Of a DNA stretch of 44,326 nucleotides, positions 24,450-36,682 are shown one piece after another. Origin of the DNA: Octopus sinensis (lineage: Eukaryota); NCBI RefSeq assembly GCF_006345805.1, contig NW_021835691.1, positions 1 through 44,326 on the forward strand. Direction: 5' to 3'. Each line of letters begins with the position of its first letter. Within the stretch, counting starts at the first letter, position 1. The position numbers and the translations under genes are program-made. Under the pieces are notes generated by a model, which worked only from the letters and a program-made list of their open reading frames with translations, did not search any database and had not been told where the DNA came from.

Positions 24450-24986
24450 TACCAGGCAGTGGCTCTCATGGTTTCTGATCTTAATGATTGGAAGTTTATC
24501 ATGTACATTGTTTTGTCTTGGTTATAAAAGATGGGCTACAGCAAATATTCTGCTCAATACCACAGATTTGCTTGTCAGTTGTTTGACCTTAACCAGTTGA
24601 GCATGTCCCTTAGTGGCTGACGATATTTGCATCTCTGATCACGAGCAGAAGTAGTGGGGGAGCATCATAGCCATGTGTTGAGAGGGATTCTTTGGGGTTT
24701 GAATATTTCACCTCTGGAAACAGGGTGTTTCTTTCAACATCCTTAAAAACACCCTTATTCAGGGACCGTTTGAGCGGGATGGCTACTCAACTGAAGAAAA
24801 TTCTAACTGGGCCCCATCTGCAAGGTCATGTGCTGTTTATCTTGATATGAGATCACATGTCGCGCACATATGGTTGTGATGCAGTGGCCTGGTGTACCTT
24901 TATCAGACGGGTAGTCATGATGGGTTATATTGGGCTTCGTATATTACCCCAGTGTCACTTTGATGGCATGAACTGCTCTCTCACTC
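24450..24986 (+). mobile_element. Orphan ~540-bp element between (AAT)n arrays, copy 1
   Basis: Colinear with 41263-41804, same ends taccagRcagtggctctcatgg...ctYtYtcactc(aat)n. Confidence 0.8.
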
Positions 24987-25035
<49 letters not shown>

Positions 25036-25650
25036 TAATAATAATAATAATAATAATAATAAAATTCAGGAATCAAAATAGATTGGTTTGTTTTCCGCGA
25101 GTTTAGATTGTTTTTAAAACGACATCAAACTTCGGAAAATATTTTTAAAAATTAAATTGTAATGATCAGGTGTTCTGCTATGTATATTGTCACTTGTGAA
25201 GAATTTGTATAGTTAGTTAAAATTTGAAGCCACACCTGCTCCTTTGTGTATAAAGAATTACATCCATTCACATACCACACACTTTTAACAGACATGTTTG
25301 AACTACATTACTTAAGAGTAGCATTTAGAAGAGTATTTATCACACATGCTGGTTGAGTGGCAGAATTGTGTGAACATTATATATATAATATATATATAAT
25401 ATATATATAGAAAGATAGAGAGATAGAGATACATACATACAAACGTTATATATATATAATATATATATATAGATATATCTATATATATATATATGCATAT
25501 ATATACTTATTAACGTTCATTTAAACACAAAAGAGGTGACCATAGCTGGCAGCCTACATGCTAGAAGGAGCAGTCAAAACGTCCAAAACTATCTAGCATG
25601 TAAGGCTGTCTGTTAAGGGCCGCGTCTTTTTTTGTTTAAATATAATATAT

Positions 25651-25715
<65 letters not shown>

Positions 25716-25724
25716 CAGGCAGAC

Positions 25725-25776
25725 AGGCAGGCAGATAGATAGTTGGATAGACAGATAGACAGATAGATAGATAGAC

Positions 25777-25852
<76 letters not shown>
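25725..25852. repeat. (GACA)/(GATA)n microsatellite
   Basis: Seen directly. Confidence 0.93.
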
Positions 25853-25853
<1 letters not shown>

Positions 25854-26884
25854 TGTGTACCATAACTTTATTTATGTGTTGAAACTTAGCTACTATTATT
25901 GGTGTTTTGTTTGTTCATCTCCAGTTGAATGCCATCGCGCAGACCAATGTTCGAAGCTGTAACCAACCGCAAATGTAACCATGCCTTTCTTGTGGACAAA
26001 GTATTTAAGACTACATAATAACCCAATGCTTCATTTTTTTTAAAGAAGGTGTATTACAGCGTGTGATTTGAATGAGATTTAGTTGCTATTTCTCACTGGC
26101 TGTTTGACTAGACAGAGTCTCCACCATTACCTTTTTATACTAGCATTCGTTCAAGCAACGACCTATAACTCCAACAAATCGTTCGCTTTCAACCTATTAT
26201 TTAATCGCCATCACTCGGAGTCAAACCCAAAGAACATTGTCGTTAGCATTTATCCTTCCGGCCGCTATTTAAAATAAACACTATTCATTTTATTATAGTG
26301 CTGGCTTCGCTCATTGAAATGAAACCATGATAGAGCACCCGTTTCTAAGGTAGATGCGATAAAATAGGTTTTACTTTATCGACTAGTACTTTCTTTATAT
26401 ATCAGGTCAGGCCGTTACTGGCACCATGTAGACCACTACCAATTGTTGGGTGGTCGGTGACTAGACTAATCTTGTTCCCTGCCTTATGTAACTTGTTACT
26501 ATTTTAATGGAGGTGTCTGGACACATAGCGTGAGAAAAAAGCAAGACTTGTTGAAGGGTAGATGAGTTCCTTGCGGACCAACTGCTATCCATTTAAAGGA
26601 ACACGATGGTAATCCACCACTAGTATCCTCGCCAGGGAAACACTATGAGAAATGTAGAACTAAGTAAATCTATGGCTTCTATCCATAGGCAACTGGTGCT
26701 TAATCGGGAAGACCTTAGTTGAAGTATGATCAACGCGTTGAAAAAAGAGTACAGTACATGACGAAGAGGACAACTTCCTTTATAGATAGAGATTTTTATG
26801 GATATATTTTACACACCTAGGGCATTGTTCTGACGTGGTTATACAGGTATGGTGTAAAATTGCATTACATAAATAAATAATTGG

Positions 26885-27090
26885 TTTGTCCCCTCTGTGT
26901 TTAGCCCCTTGTGGGTGATAAAGAAATAGGTATTTTGTTTGTCGCTATGTTCTGATTTCAAATCCTGCAGAAGTCTACTTTGCCTTTCATCCTTTAATAG
27001 GTCGATAAGTCAAGTACTGGGGACGAAGTGATCGTTTGTTCCTTTCCCCACAAAAATCCAGGCCATGTACCTATAGTAGAAAAGATTATT
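26885..27090 (+). mobile_element. SINE family A: A1 tail joined to a headless A2 unit
   Basis: Junction aagaaata|ggtatttt at 26928/26929. Confidence 0.8.
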
Positions 27091-27317
27091 GTGGTTGTTA
27101 TTGTTTTTGTGGGCGTCGTTTAGTCCGAGTCCTGGTCCGGTCTACATTGGGCAACGTGCCATTCTTTTAAAAGACATTCGGTTATAATTTCAGAGTGATT
27201 TGGTTGCTATTTCTAGCATTTTCCCGAGAGAGTGCTAGAAATAAGAGTAGGAACTCCTTACCTACGGAAGAAATTTTATGATTTGAAACCGTCGCTTAAG
27301 ATCTTTCTTAAAACACA

Positions 27318-27505
27318 CATTGCGGCCATACTGGGGCACCGACTTTAGATGAAAAAAATCGACCCCCACCCCTGCTCGGACTTATTTTTTTCTAAGTCTA
27401 GAGATTCTATCGATCCCATTTTGCCGAACCACTAGAATGCGGGGAATAAACACACCAACATCAATTGTCAAGTGAAGGTGGGAGGACAAACACTGACCAC
27501 AAATC

Positions 27506-27546
<41 letters not shown>

Positions 27547-27634
27547 CAAATGAAAGGCAGATGGAATATACGAGAATTTATTATTAATCACGACCATTGT
27601 AAACCATGCGTATATATATATATATATATAGATA

Positions 27635-27665
<31 letters not shown>

Positions 27666-27812
27666 CATATATATATTATACATACTAGGGCTTTTTTCAG
27701 TTTCCGTCTACCAAATCCACTCACAAATTTTGGTCGGCTCGAGGCTATATTGGGAGACACTTGCTCAAGATACCACACAGTGGAACTGAACTCGGAAGCA
27801 TGTGGCTGCCGC
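27318..27812 (-). mobile_element. SINE family B, degenerate full length, internal (TA)n tracts
   Basis: Tail gcggccatactggggcaccg and head cagtttccgtctaccaaatccactcacaa. Confidence 0.78.
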
Positions 27813-28972
27813 GTCTATGAAAGCAAAAACGGTAAGAAGTCTGAAGACTTCCACAGGAATTAAACAGTAGTGGAAACGAGCATTATCACAAATTTGTGAA
27901 ATTTAAAATTTATCATTTTACCAAAAAACAGATGTGGCCTCATGCTGTCTTTCGTGTTTGCATATTATTAAAACGGTTCTCTGGACACAGATTTATATAT
28001 TCACTGGTTCCATATTTTCCATAATTAAACAGAGACGTAGAGAAAATTAAGTTAAATATCCAGACATTTGTTGTGCGTCTGCCGGGATCCCGCACCATGA
28101 TGCGGCAGATAGGATTTTAGTTCGGATTAATTTTTTTATTATTACCAAAAATTACATTTCCAGAATCATTGTGCGTCTTCCACGATGTAGTGTCAGTCAT
28201 CTTGTAAAGTACGGAGTTCTAAGATCAAATTTTGCATCCGTCCACACTTTTGACTTTCGTGCCTACGAGATTGCGTTGTACGATAAATTCATTCGTTTTT
28301 CCTGTTTTTTGTTTTTTTTCATTTTTTGTCCCAACTTTTATTCATGTGTGAAAAGAGGTGAAATTTTATTCAAGATTCAAAAGCAATACAAACATTGAAA
28401 ACTACGGTAAAAATATTTCTTTCTCTATTAACTTAAATAACAATGGAAAGAGAAATAATTTTAAAAAAAAAGAAAACGAACGAATTCATCTGACATTACA
28501 GAAGAGTACTTACCATTCAACGATTGGGATTGATTCTTTGGCCTATACCCTGCCACAAACGTCACCACCACCGTCGCCATCAACGACAAGAGAAACAACA
28601 TCAACAACAATACCAAAGGTATTATCACAGGTATACATCATTACCGCTGATAATTAAATCTAAAAATATAACCTGTAAATCGGCTGAAACGGATTAAACG
28701 AAATCGAAATATTTAGGTTTATTTAGTCAAAAATGATTATTTTTCGTTTTTGTTTATCAAAAAAATAATCGATATTAAAAACAAAAATGACAAAGGAAAA
28801 AAGAAAAAAATAATTGAACCGACCATTGGTTTTTTTTTTTCTTTCCTTCAAAGAAAAGAAAAGCAAATACAAAAAAAAAACAGAAATTAGAAATAAATTT
28901 CATGGCCGATTATATTGCGTAATATTTGTTGCTAATCATTATTACAATGTCACGTTCACGGCATCGTCATCG

Positions 28973-29011
<39 letters not shown>

Positions 29012-29036
29012 CCATCATCATCACCATCATCATCAC

Positions 29037-29129
<93 letters not shown>

Positions 29130-29520
29130 GTAAGGCGGCGAGCTGGCAGAAGTCCTGGTCGAAACGTTAACCGGATTTTCACCCGTCGCTACGTTCTGAG
29201 TTCAAATTCCGCCGAGATACACTCTGTAGTAGAGAGGATTATTATTACTCTTACTACTACTACTACTACTACACTATTATTATTATAATTTACGGCGGTG
29301 AGACTGCAGAATCGTTAGCACCATGGCCGAAATGCGTAGTGGTGTTTTGAGTTCAATTTCCGAGTTCTGAGTTCAAATTCCGCCAAGGTCAACTTTGCTT
29401 TGCATACTTTCGAGGTCGATAAATTTAGTACACAAGTGAAGCACTGGGGAGGGGGGGATGTAATCGACCTCCCCACTCCAAAAAAAAAGAAATGGCTGCC
29501 CTTGTCGCAAAATTTGAAAC
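29130..29520 (+). mobile_element. Two SINE family A fragments separated by (ATT/ACT)n
   Basis: aaggcggcgagctggcagaa at 29132 and ggcggtgagactgcagaatcgttagc at 29294. Confidence 0.8.
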
Positions 29521-29543
29521 AATTATTATTATTATTATTATTA

Positions 29544-29589
<46 letters not shown>

Positions 29590-30239
29590 TATTGTATTTA
29601 AATCTTCAAAATTGATGACTAATGTCCCTTCAAGGACGTATCTGCTGGTTTTGTTCGTCAGAGGAATTGTTCAAACAGATATCCCCCCTTACCTACCCAC
29701 CCACTCCACGCTTCATCTTTCATCCACCCACCCACCCACCAACCCCAACCCCCCGCTTCTCCCGCGCCAAACACCACCGACACCAGCGCCATCATCAGCA
29801 CCACCATTTCAACCATAAACACGATAGGCAACGGTTTTTCCGGCTCTCCCCTACTTCAAAGAAGAACCATTACTAGGTCTTCCCTTCTCTGCTATCTTTT
29901 ATACTATTGAAGATAAACTTTCACATGTTTACACGACATTTTATCTCTTTCATCTTTCATCACTGCAACTACGTCTCACAGGCACAACTCCTCGTGTAGA
30001 GAGAGAGAGAGAGAAACAAGCATACATCACTTTGACTCTGTCTCCTTGTCACTCTTTCTCTCCTTGTCTATTTCTCTCTCTTCCTCCTCTCTCTCTCTCT
30101 GGCTGTGTGTCTCTGTGTCTCTGTTGTCCCTATTTCTTTCTCTTTGATTTTCTCTTTCTCACTCTCATCCTTACTAAACTCCTGCATCTCATACACTCAA
30201 GTGTAATATGTTTGAGAAAATGCTGTTCCCTACGTATGT

Positions 30240-30318
30240 AGATATAAATATATATATATATATAGACATATATATATATGCACATATGTATATATAATGT
30301 GATATATATATATATATC

Positions 30319-30349
<31 letters not shown>

Positions 30350-30618
30350 GTAATATATATATATATGTAACATATACATATACATATTATAACATATGTA
30401 TATATAAATGTGTATATATATATACATATACATATATATATACACATATGTATATACACTCAGACACATATATGTATATACAAATGTGTGTGTATATATA
30501 TATATAGATAGATATATAGATATATATATATATACACATATACATACACATGTATATACACTGACACACACACATATATATATGTGTGACACACACATAC
30601 GTATATATAAATGAATGC

Positions 30619-30656
<38 letters not shown>

Positions 30657-31009
30657 CAGAGAAAGAGAGAGTGAGTTAGAGAGAGTAAGAGAGAGAGAGA
30701 GCAAGAATATAAATATAGATGGATTGATAGATAGGCAGATACATCTGTAAGTATGTACATATGGAGCATGTATGCATATAGGAACTTACACTCCCCCCTA
30801 CACGCACACACATGCACTCAGATATGGTTACGTATGAAAGGACATATCTTGGATTAAACACAAACCCACACACATGCGCGTATCCACACAAGCATAATGC
30901 TTTATTAAAAACATTTGTGAAATTGCATGTGTATATATATATATATATATGTGTGTGTGTCATGTGCGTGTTTGTATACATATATATGTGTGTGCGTATA
31001 TGTACATAA

Positions 31010-31048
<39 letters not shown>

Positions 31049-31199
31049 AATATATGCCTACATTTATATAGATAAATATATATATTTAAATGCATACATA
31101 TTTTCATATATATATGTGTGTATTGGTATATGTTTACACACACAGACAATATATATATCTATACATATATAATACATATATACATATATATATCTATAC

Positions 31200-31235
<36 letters not shown>

Positions 31236-31264
31236 CATACATATATATTTTATATACATACATA

Positions 31265-31303
<39 letters not shown>

Positions 31304-31440
31304 TATATATATAATATATATACTATATAATATGTATATATATATATTACATATATATACATATAGATGGTTAGAGAGATAGATAGAAAATACACATGCG
31401 CGCAAAACACACACACACACACACACACACCAACACCCAC
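30240..31440. repeat. Extended (TA)/(CA) low-complexity region
   Basis: Seen directly. Confidence 0.9.
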
Positions 31441-31888
31441 CCGCACACACACAAACACAATATATTTACTTTTCTGCTTTTCAATTTTTTTCTTTTCTGC
31501 AGACTTGCTACGTTTCGTTTATTTTTTATTTTTATTTTTATTTTTATTTTTGTTTTCATTTTTTATTTTTATTTCTACCTTCATTCCTCCTCGTCAGAAA
31601 AGATATTCTTCAAATACTTAAAACCCAACAATATGGCAACGGCAAGCAGAAAGAAATACAACAGAAGATCCTGTGAGGCTTCATATATGAGTTGATTTTT
31701 CAAGTGGCTCTTTCTGATTCTAAGACGGAATTATCCAGTTTGGAACAACGAATATACAATACAACTCCTTTTAACAGTTCTTTAAATTTCTTCCTGACTT
31801 CCCTTTCTTCTTTCATATCCTCTATCACACTCCATTTTCTCACTCACACATTCTCTCCCCTCTTTCTCTTTCCTTTCTTATCATTTTC

Positions 31889-31968
<80 letters not shown>

Positions 31969-32650
31969 GTCTATCAATTTCATGTCTATCAGGGTGTCTC
32001 TCGACGTCTCTACGACGTTGCTTTCCTTCCTACTTTCAAATTTTCTAGTAGGGTTTGAACTTTGCTAAATCTTGATACGTGTCTCATTCTATAAAAGCTG
32101 TCGGTGGTGGTAATGACGGTGATGATGATGATGATAATGAGGGGGGGAGGAGGAGGATAGTGTTGATGGTGGTGGTGACAAGTTTATGATGATGGTGGTG
32201 GTGGTGGTGGTGGTGGTGGTGGTGGTTGTGGTGGTGGTGGTGGTGATGATGATGATGAGGATGATGATGATGATGATGATATTGCCGGCAAGTCGTACAG
32301 TTCTATTTCCTTTAATCAGAATTGCAAAATAATCCCAATTCTGGTCACTGTGACATAAAAAAATCGGCGCTTTCTTCAAGAGATTTGAAAAATAGATAGA
32401 ATACCAAAGACACACTCGTGCATATGCATACATACATACATGTGTATGTGTGTGCATGTATATACATATATATGTGTGTGTACGCGCATGTATGTATGTA
32501 TCTATGTGCTTGTGTGTGTGTGTGTATTTATCGGTCAGATGTTTATAAAAATAAGGTCAAGTGCTTCTGGTCAGCAGATTGCATGAGTAACCTGCATTGC
32601 TGAGAATATATATATATTATATATAATACTATATATATATATATATATAT

Positions 32651-33802
32651 AGATAAGAAAGTTTGTTTGGTAAAGCACGTGGGTGAATATATAAGAAAAT
32701 AGTAAAGTGTGAAAAAACGACAGAAGGCTTAAATGTTAAAAAATATATATATTTGTGTCAAAATGTCTGGAGAATATTGGAAAAATTTTTTTCCTTTCCT
32801 TAAAATGACATAATTTTAAAATTTTTAAAGAAATGTAGATCCTTACTCACCTGGTCAGTGTAACGGGTTGCATCTTCATTGCTTTTACTTTCCCGGGCGA
32901 GTAAGTTTGATTCCTCGATTTTGTTGTTCAGGTTAAGAAGCTGTGAATTAATATTTTTCAGTTCTTGGAGTATGTCCTCATTTAAGGTTTTGTCCGAGGT
33001 GTTTGACTTCTGTGTGGCATTTTCGTTCTCACGTGTTTAATATATAGATAAGAAAGTTTGTTTGGTAAAGCACGTGGGAATATATAAGAAAATAGTAAAG
33101 TGTGAAAAAACGACAGAAGGCTTAAATGTTAAAAAATATATATATTTGTGTCAAAATGTCTGGAGAATATTGGAAAAATTTTTTTCCTTTCCTTAAAATG
33201 ACATAATTTTAAAATTTTAAAGAAATGTAGATCCTTACTACCTGGTCAGTGTAACGGGTTGCATCTTCATTGCTTTTACTTTCCCGGGCGAGTAGTTTGA
33301 TTCCTCGATTTTGTTGTTCAGGTTAAGAAGCTGTGAATTAATATTTTTCAGTTCTTTGAGTATGTCCTCATTTAAGGTTTTGTCCGAGGTGTTGAATTCT
33401 GTGGCATTTTCGTTCTCACGTGTTTAATATATAGATAAGAAAGTTTGTTTGGTAAAGCCACGTGGGTGAATATATAAGAAAATAGTAAGTGTGAAAAAAA
33501 ACGACAGAAGGCTTAAATGTTAAAAAATATATAATTTGTGTCAAAATGTCTGAGGAATATTGGAAAAATTTTTTTCCTTTCCTTAAATGACATAATTTTA
33601 AAATTTTTAAGAAATGTAGATCCTTACTCACCTGGTCAGTGTAACGGGTTGCATCTTCATTGCTTTTACTTTCCCGGGCGAGTAAGTTGATTCCTCGATT
33701 TTGTTGTTCAGGTTAAGAAGCTGTGAATTAATATTTTTCAGTTCTTTGAGTATGTCCTCATTTAAGGTTTTGTCCGAGGTGTTTGACTTCTGTGGCATTT
33801 TC
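32651..33802 (-). repeat. Three tandem copies of a ~390-bp unit (antisense to its exon)
   Basis: agataagaaagtttgtttgg starts at 32651, 33046 and 33433. Starts right after a (TA)n tract. Confidence 0.95.
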
Positions 33803-33887
33803 ACACTTTACTATTTTCTTATATATTCACCCACGTGCTTTACCAAACAAACTTTCTTATCTATATATTAAACACGTGAGAACGAAA

Positions 33888-34055
33888 ATGCCACAGAAGT
33901 CAAACACCTCGGACAAAACCTTAAATGAGGACATACTCAAAGAACTGAAAAATATTAATTCACAGCTTCTTAACCTGAACAACAAAATCGAGGAATCAAA
34001 CTTACTCGCCCGGGAAAGTAAAAGCAATGAAGATGCAACCCGTTACACTGACCAG
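33888..34055 (+). CDS. Candidate first coding exon of an unknown gene (56 codons, coiled-coil-like), the only intact copy
   Basis: gaaaATG...GACCAG|gtgagt. MPQKSNTSDKTLNEDILKELKNINSQLLNLNNKIEESNLLARESKSNEDATRYTDQ, 168 nt, phase 0. Confidence 0.6.
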
Positions 34056-34282
34056 GTGAGTAAGGATCTACATTTCTTTAAAAATTTTAAAATTATGTCA
34101 TTTTAAGGAAAGGAAAAAAATTTTTCCAATATTCTCCAGACATTTTGACACAAATATATATATTTTTTAACATTTAAGCCTTCTGTCCGTTTTTTTTCAA
34201 CACTTTACTATTTTCTTATATATTCACCCACGTGCTTTACCAACAAACTTTCTTATCTATATATTAACACGTGAGAACGAAA

Positions 34283-34449
34283 ATGCCACAGAAGTCAACA
34301 CCTCGGACAAAACCTTAAATGAGGACATACTCAAAGAACTGAAAAATATTAATTCACAGCTTCTTAACCTGAACAACAAAATCGAGGAATCAAACTTACT
34401 CGCCCGGGAAAGTAAAAGCAATGAAGATGCAACCCGTTACACTGACCAG
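34283..34449 (+). pseudogene. Frameshifted copy of the same exon (1-nt deletion). Minus-strand copies at 32851-33020, 33242-33407 and 33632-33798 also carry indels
   Basis: Lengths 167, 170, 166 and 167 nt versus 168 nt for the intact copy. Confidence 0.6.
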
Positions 34450-34620
34450 GTGAGTAAGGATCTACATTTCTTTAAAAATTTTAAAAAAAAAAAATTTTTA
34501 AATTATGTCATTTTAAGGAAAGGAAAAAAATTTTTCCAATATTCTCCAGACATTTTGACACAAATATATATATTTTTTAACATTTAAGCCTTCTGTCGTT
34601 TTTTCACACTTTACTATTTT

Positions 34621-34663
<43 letters not shown>

Positions 34664-34665
34664 AT

Positions 34666-35615
34666 TGGTGAATTGAAGAAATGGAGCTGAACGCAGATTG
34701 AACAGAAATCGTTTTATTTCATTCTACACGTGTTTCGAAAGGCACAAATTACCAAAATCCGATTGAATAATGGGACCATATTGTGTCTTTCTCTTCAGGA
34801 AGAAAAAAGGAATCCGTTGGAAAAACAAAAACAGAACAGAGGCAGAGCAAAAAACAAATCGAACTGTGCTCCTAAGAGCCCATGGCGAAACTGTTTATCA
34901 GTGTATGTTGAGACCGGTGGCTGAAGAATTCAACGGGTCAGGCATCGTTCAATCATGTGGGTGAGGTGTATAGATGTTCTTTGTGACCGAGAATAAAGTT
35001 CTGACTATTTAAAGAATATTGGATGTTTTATAAGGGGCGAAAAAATCTACTTAGAGACGTGTGTTGTGTGTATCCTGTTCTATATATGTGTGTGTTGGCG
35101 TAGGGGTAGAAAACATTTTTTTGTGTACGCGTGTGCGTTTGATGATCGTTCGGCTGTCAGTGGCTACTGCCGTGATAACGCCAACACACACATATATAGA
35201 ACAGTATACACACACACACGTCTCTATAGATTTTTCTCGCCCCTTATAAAACATCCAATATTCTTTAAATAGTCAGAACTTTATTCTCGGTCACAAAGAA
35301 CATCTATACACCCTCACCCACATGATTGACCGATGCCTGACCCGTTGAATTCTTCAGCCACCGGTTCTCAACATACACTGATAAACAGTTTCGCCATGGG
35401 CTCTTAGGAGCACAGTTCGATTTGTTTTTTGCTCTGCCTCTGTTCTGTTTTTTGTTTTTCCAACGGATTTCCTTTTTTCTTCCTGAAGAGAAAGACACAA
35501 TATGGTCCCATTATTCAATCGGATTTTGGTAATTTGTGCCTTTCGAAACACGTGTAGAATGAAATAAAACGATTTCTGTTCAATCTGCGTTCAGCTCCAT
35601 TTCTTCAATTCACCA
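34666..35615. repeat. Large palindrome: arms 34666-35101 and 35178-35615, 76-bp spacer
   Basis: Arms are near-identical reverse complements, differing mainly by single-base indels. Confidence 0.95.
34799..34960 (+). CDS. Candidate second exon (mirror copy at 35318-35482 on the minus strand)
   Basis: tgtgtctttctcttcag|GAAG...TGTGG|gtgagg. Consensus of both arms (164 nt) reads EEKRKSVGKTKNRTEAEQKTNRTVLLRAHGETVYQCMLRPVAEEFNGSGI(V/G)QSCG in phase 0. Confidence 0.55.
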
Positions 35616-35781
35616 TAATGTTTTAATTTCAATATATCCGCACCAACGCACGGTTGCACGCCAGATGGTTGTACCTCCAACCGTGCTGTTCACTGCTGTG
35701 ATTTTTGCTACTAAGGTATCGGTTAAACTTTTGATTAATCTACTACAAGATTATTCATCTTCTATTTCACATAATATATAT

Positions 35782-35829
<48 letters not shown>

Positions 35830-35859
35830 ATATGTATATATATATATATATATATATGT

Positions 35860-35932
<73 letters not shown>

Positions 35933-36059
35933 TAGGGAATAATTATCATCCTACTACAAGTGTAATTCAGTATAATAATATTAGACCGAATTTCGTATAT
36001 ATGATATATGTATATAACTAATTTAGAGACGAACCACTATGGTTCGTCTCTAAATTAGT

Positions 36060-36150
<91 letters not shown>

Positions 36151-36204
36151 TTTATATATATATACAAGATATGTATGTAGTATATATAAATATATACAAA
36201 ATGT

Positions 36205-36410
36205 GACCGCGTGTGTACCGTTGCCGATATTTTTTCTGTCTTCCCTTCTCTGGATCTTTCCTTCTCCTATGTTTCCGACGAAGAGCTCCGCTCGAAACGT
36301 TAAACCCTCCTTCTTCCCTTCCTTCCTGAGCGTCCAATAATACTATATTTGTTCCACGTCCTCGCGTTGTTGTGTTTTTTTGTGCTTTCATGTTTGGATT
36401 AACTTTATAT
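36205..36410 (+). mobile_element. PLE-type pseudo-LTR element embedded in (TA)n
   Basis: Non-coding unit with GACGAAG...CGAAACG hammerhead-type core, pyrimidine-rich 3' part, ending ggattaact(ta)n. Confidence 0.65.
36271..36305 (+). ncRNA. Minimal type I hammerhead ribozyme motif (U4C variant)
   Basis: GTTT-CCGACGA-A-GAGC(tcc)GCTC-GAAA-CG-T-T-AAAC. Stems I and II pair perfectly. Confidence 0.6.
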
Positions 36411-36630
36411 ATATATATATATATATACATATATATCAGCTGGGACCCTCGTCGTCGTAACTGACGGAGTGCTCCTTTATATATATATAGATATATATAT
36501 ATATTATATATTATATATATTATATATATATATATATATTTATAATATAATATATATATATCATTATATCATTATTTTTTGAATACAATCTTCATCATCA
36601 TTTTTCCATCTTCATTAATTATTATTATTA

Positions 36631-36680
<50 letters not shown>

Positions 36681-36682
36681 TG

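Larger units (their letters stand above)
33803..34625 (+). repeat. Two-plus tandem copies of the same unit in the opposite orientation
   Basis: Reverse complement of 32651-33802. Switch at a TTTTC microhomology (33798-33802). Ends in (TA)n at 34622-34660. Confidence 0.95.

Noticed and set aside
34056-34139. 84-nt intron ending at attctccag inside the 390-bp unit
   Set aside because: Splicing here gives an immediate stop (ACA TTT TGA); the acceptor at 34798 is stronger and keeps the frame.
32651-34625. CRISPR-like or satellite interpretation of the regular repeats
   Set aside because: Units are about 390 bp, with no unique spacers or cas genes, in eukaryotic context.
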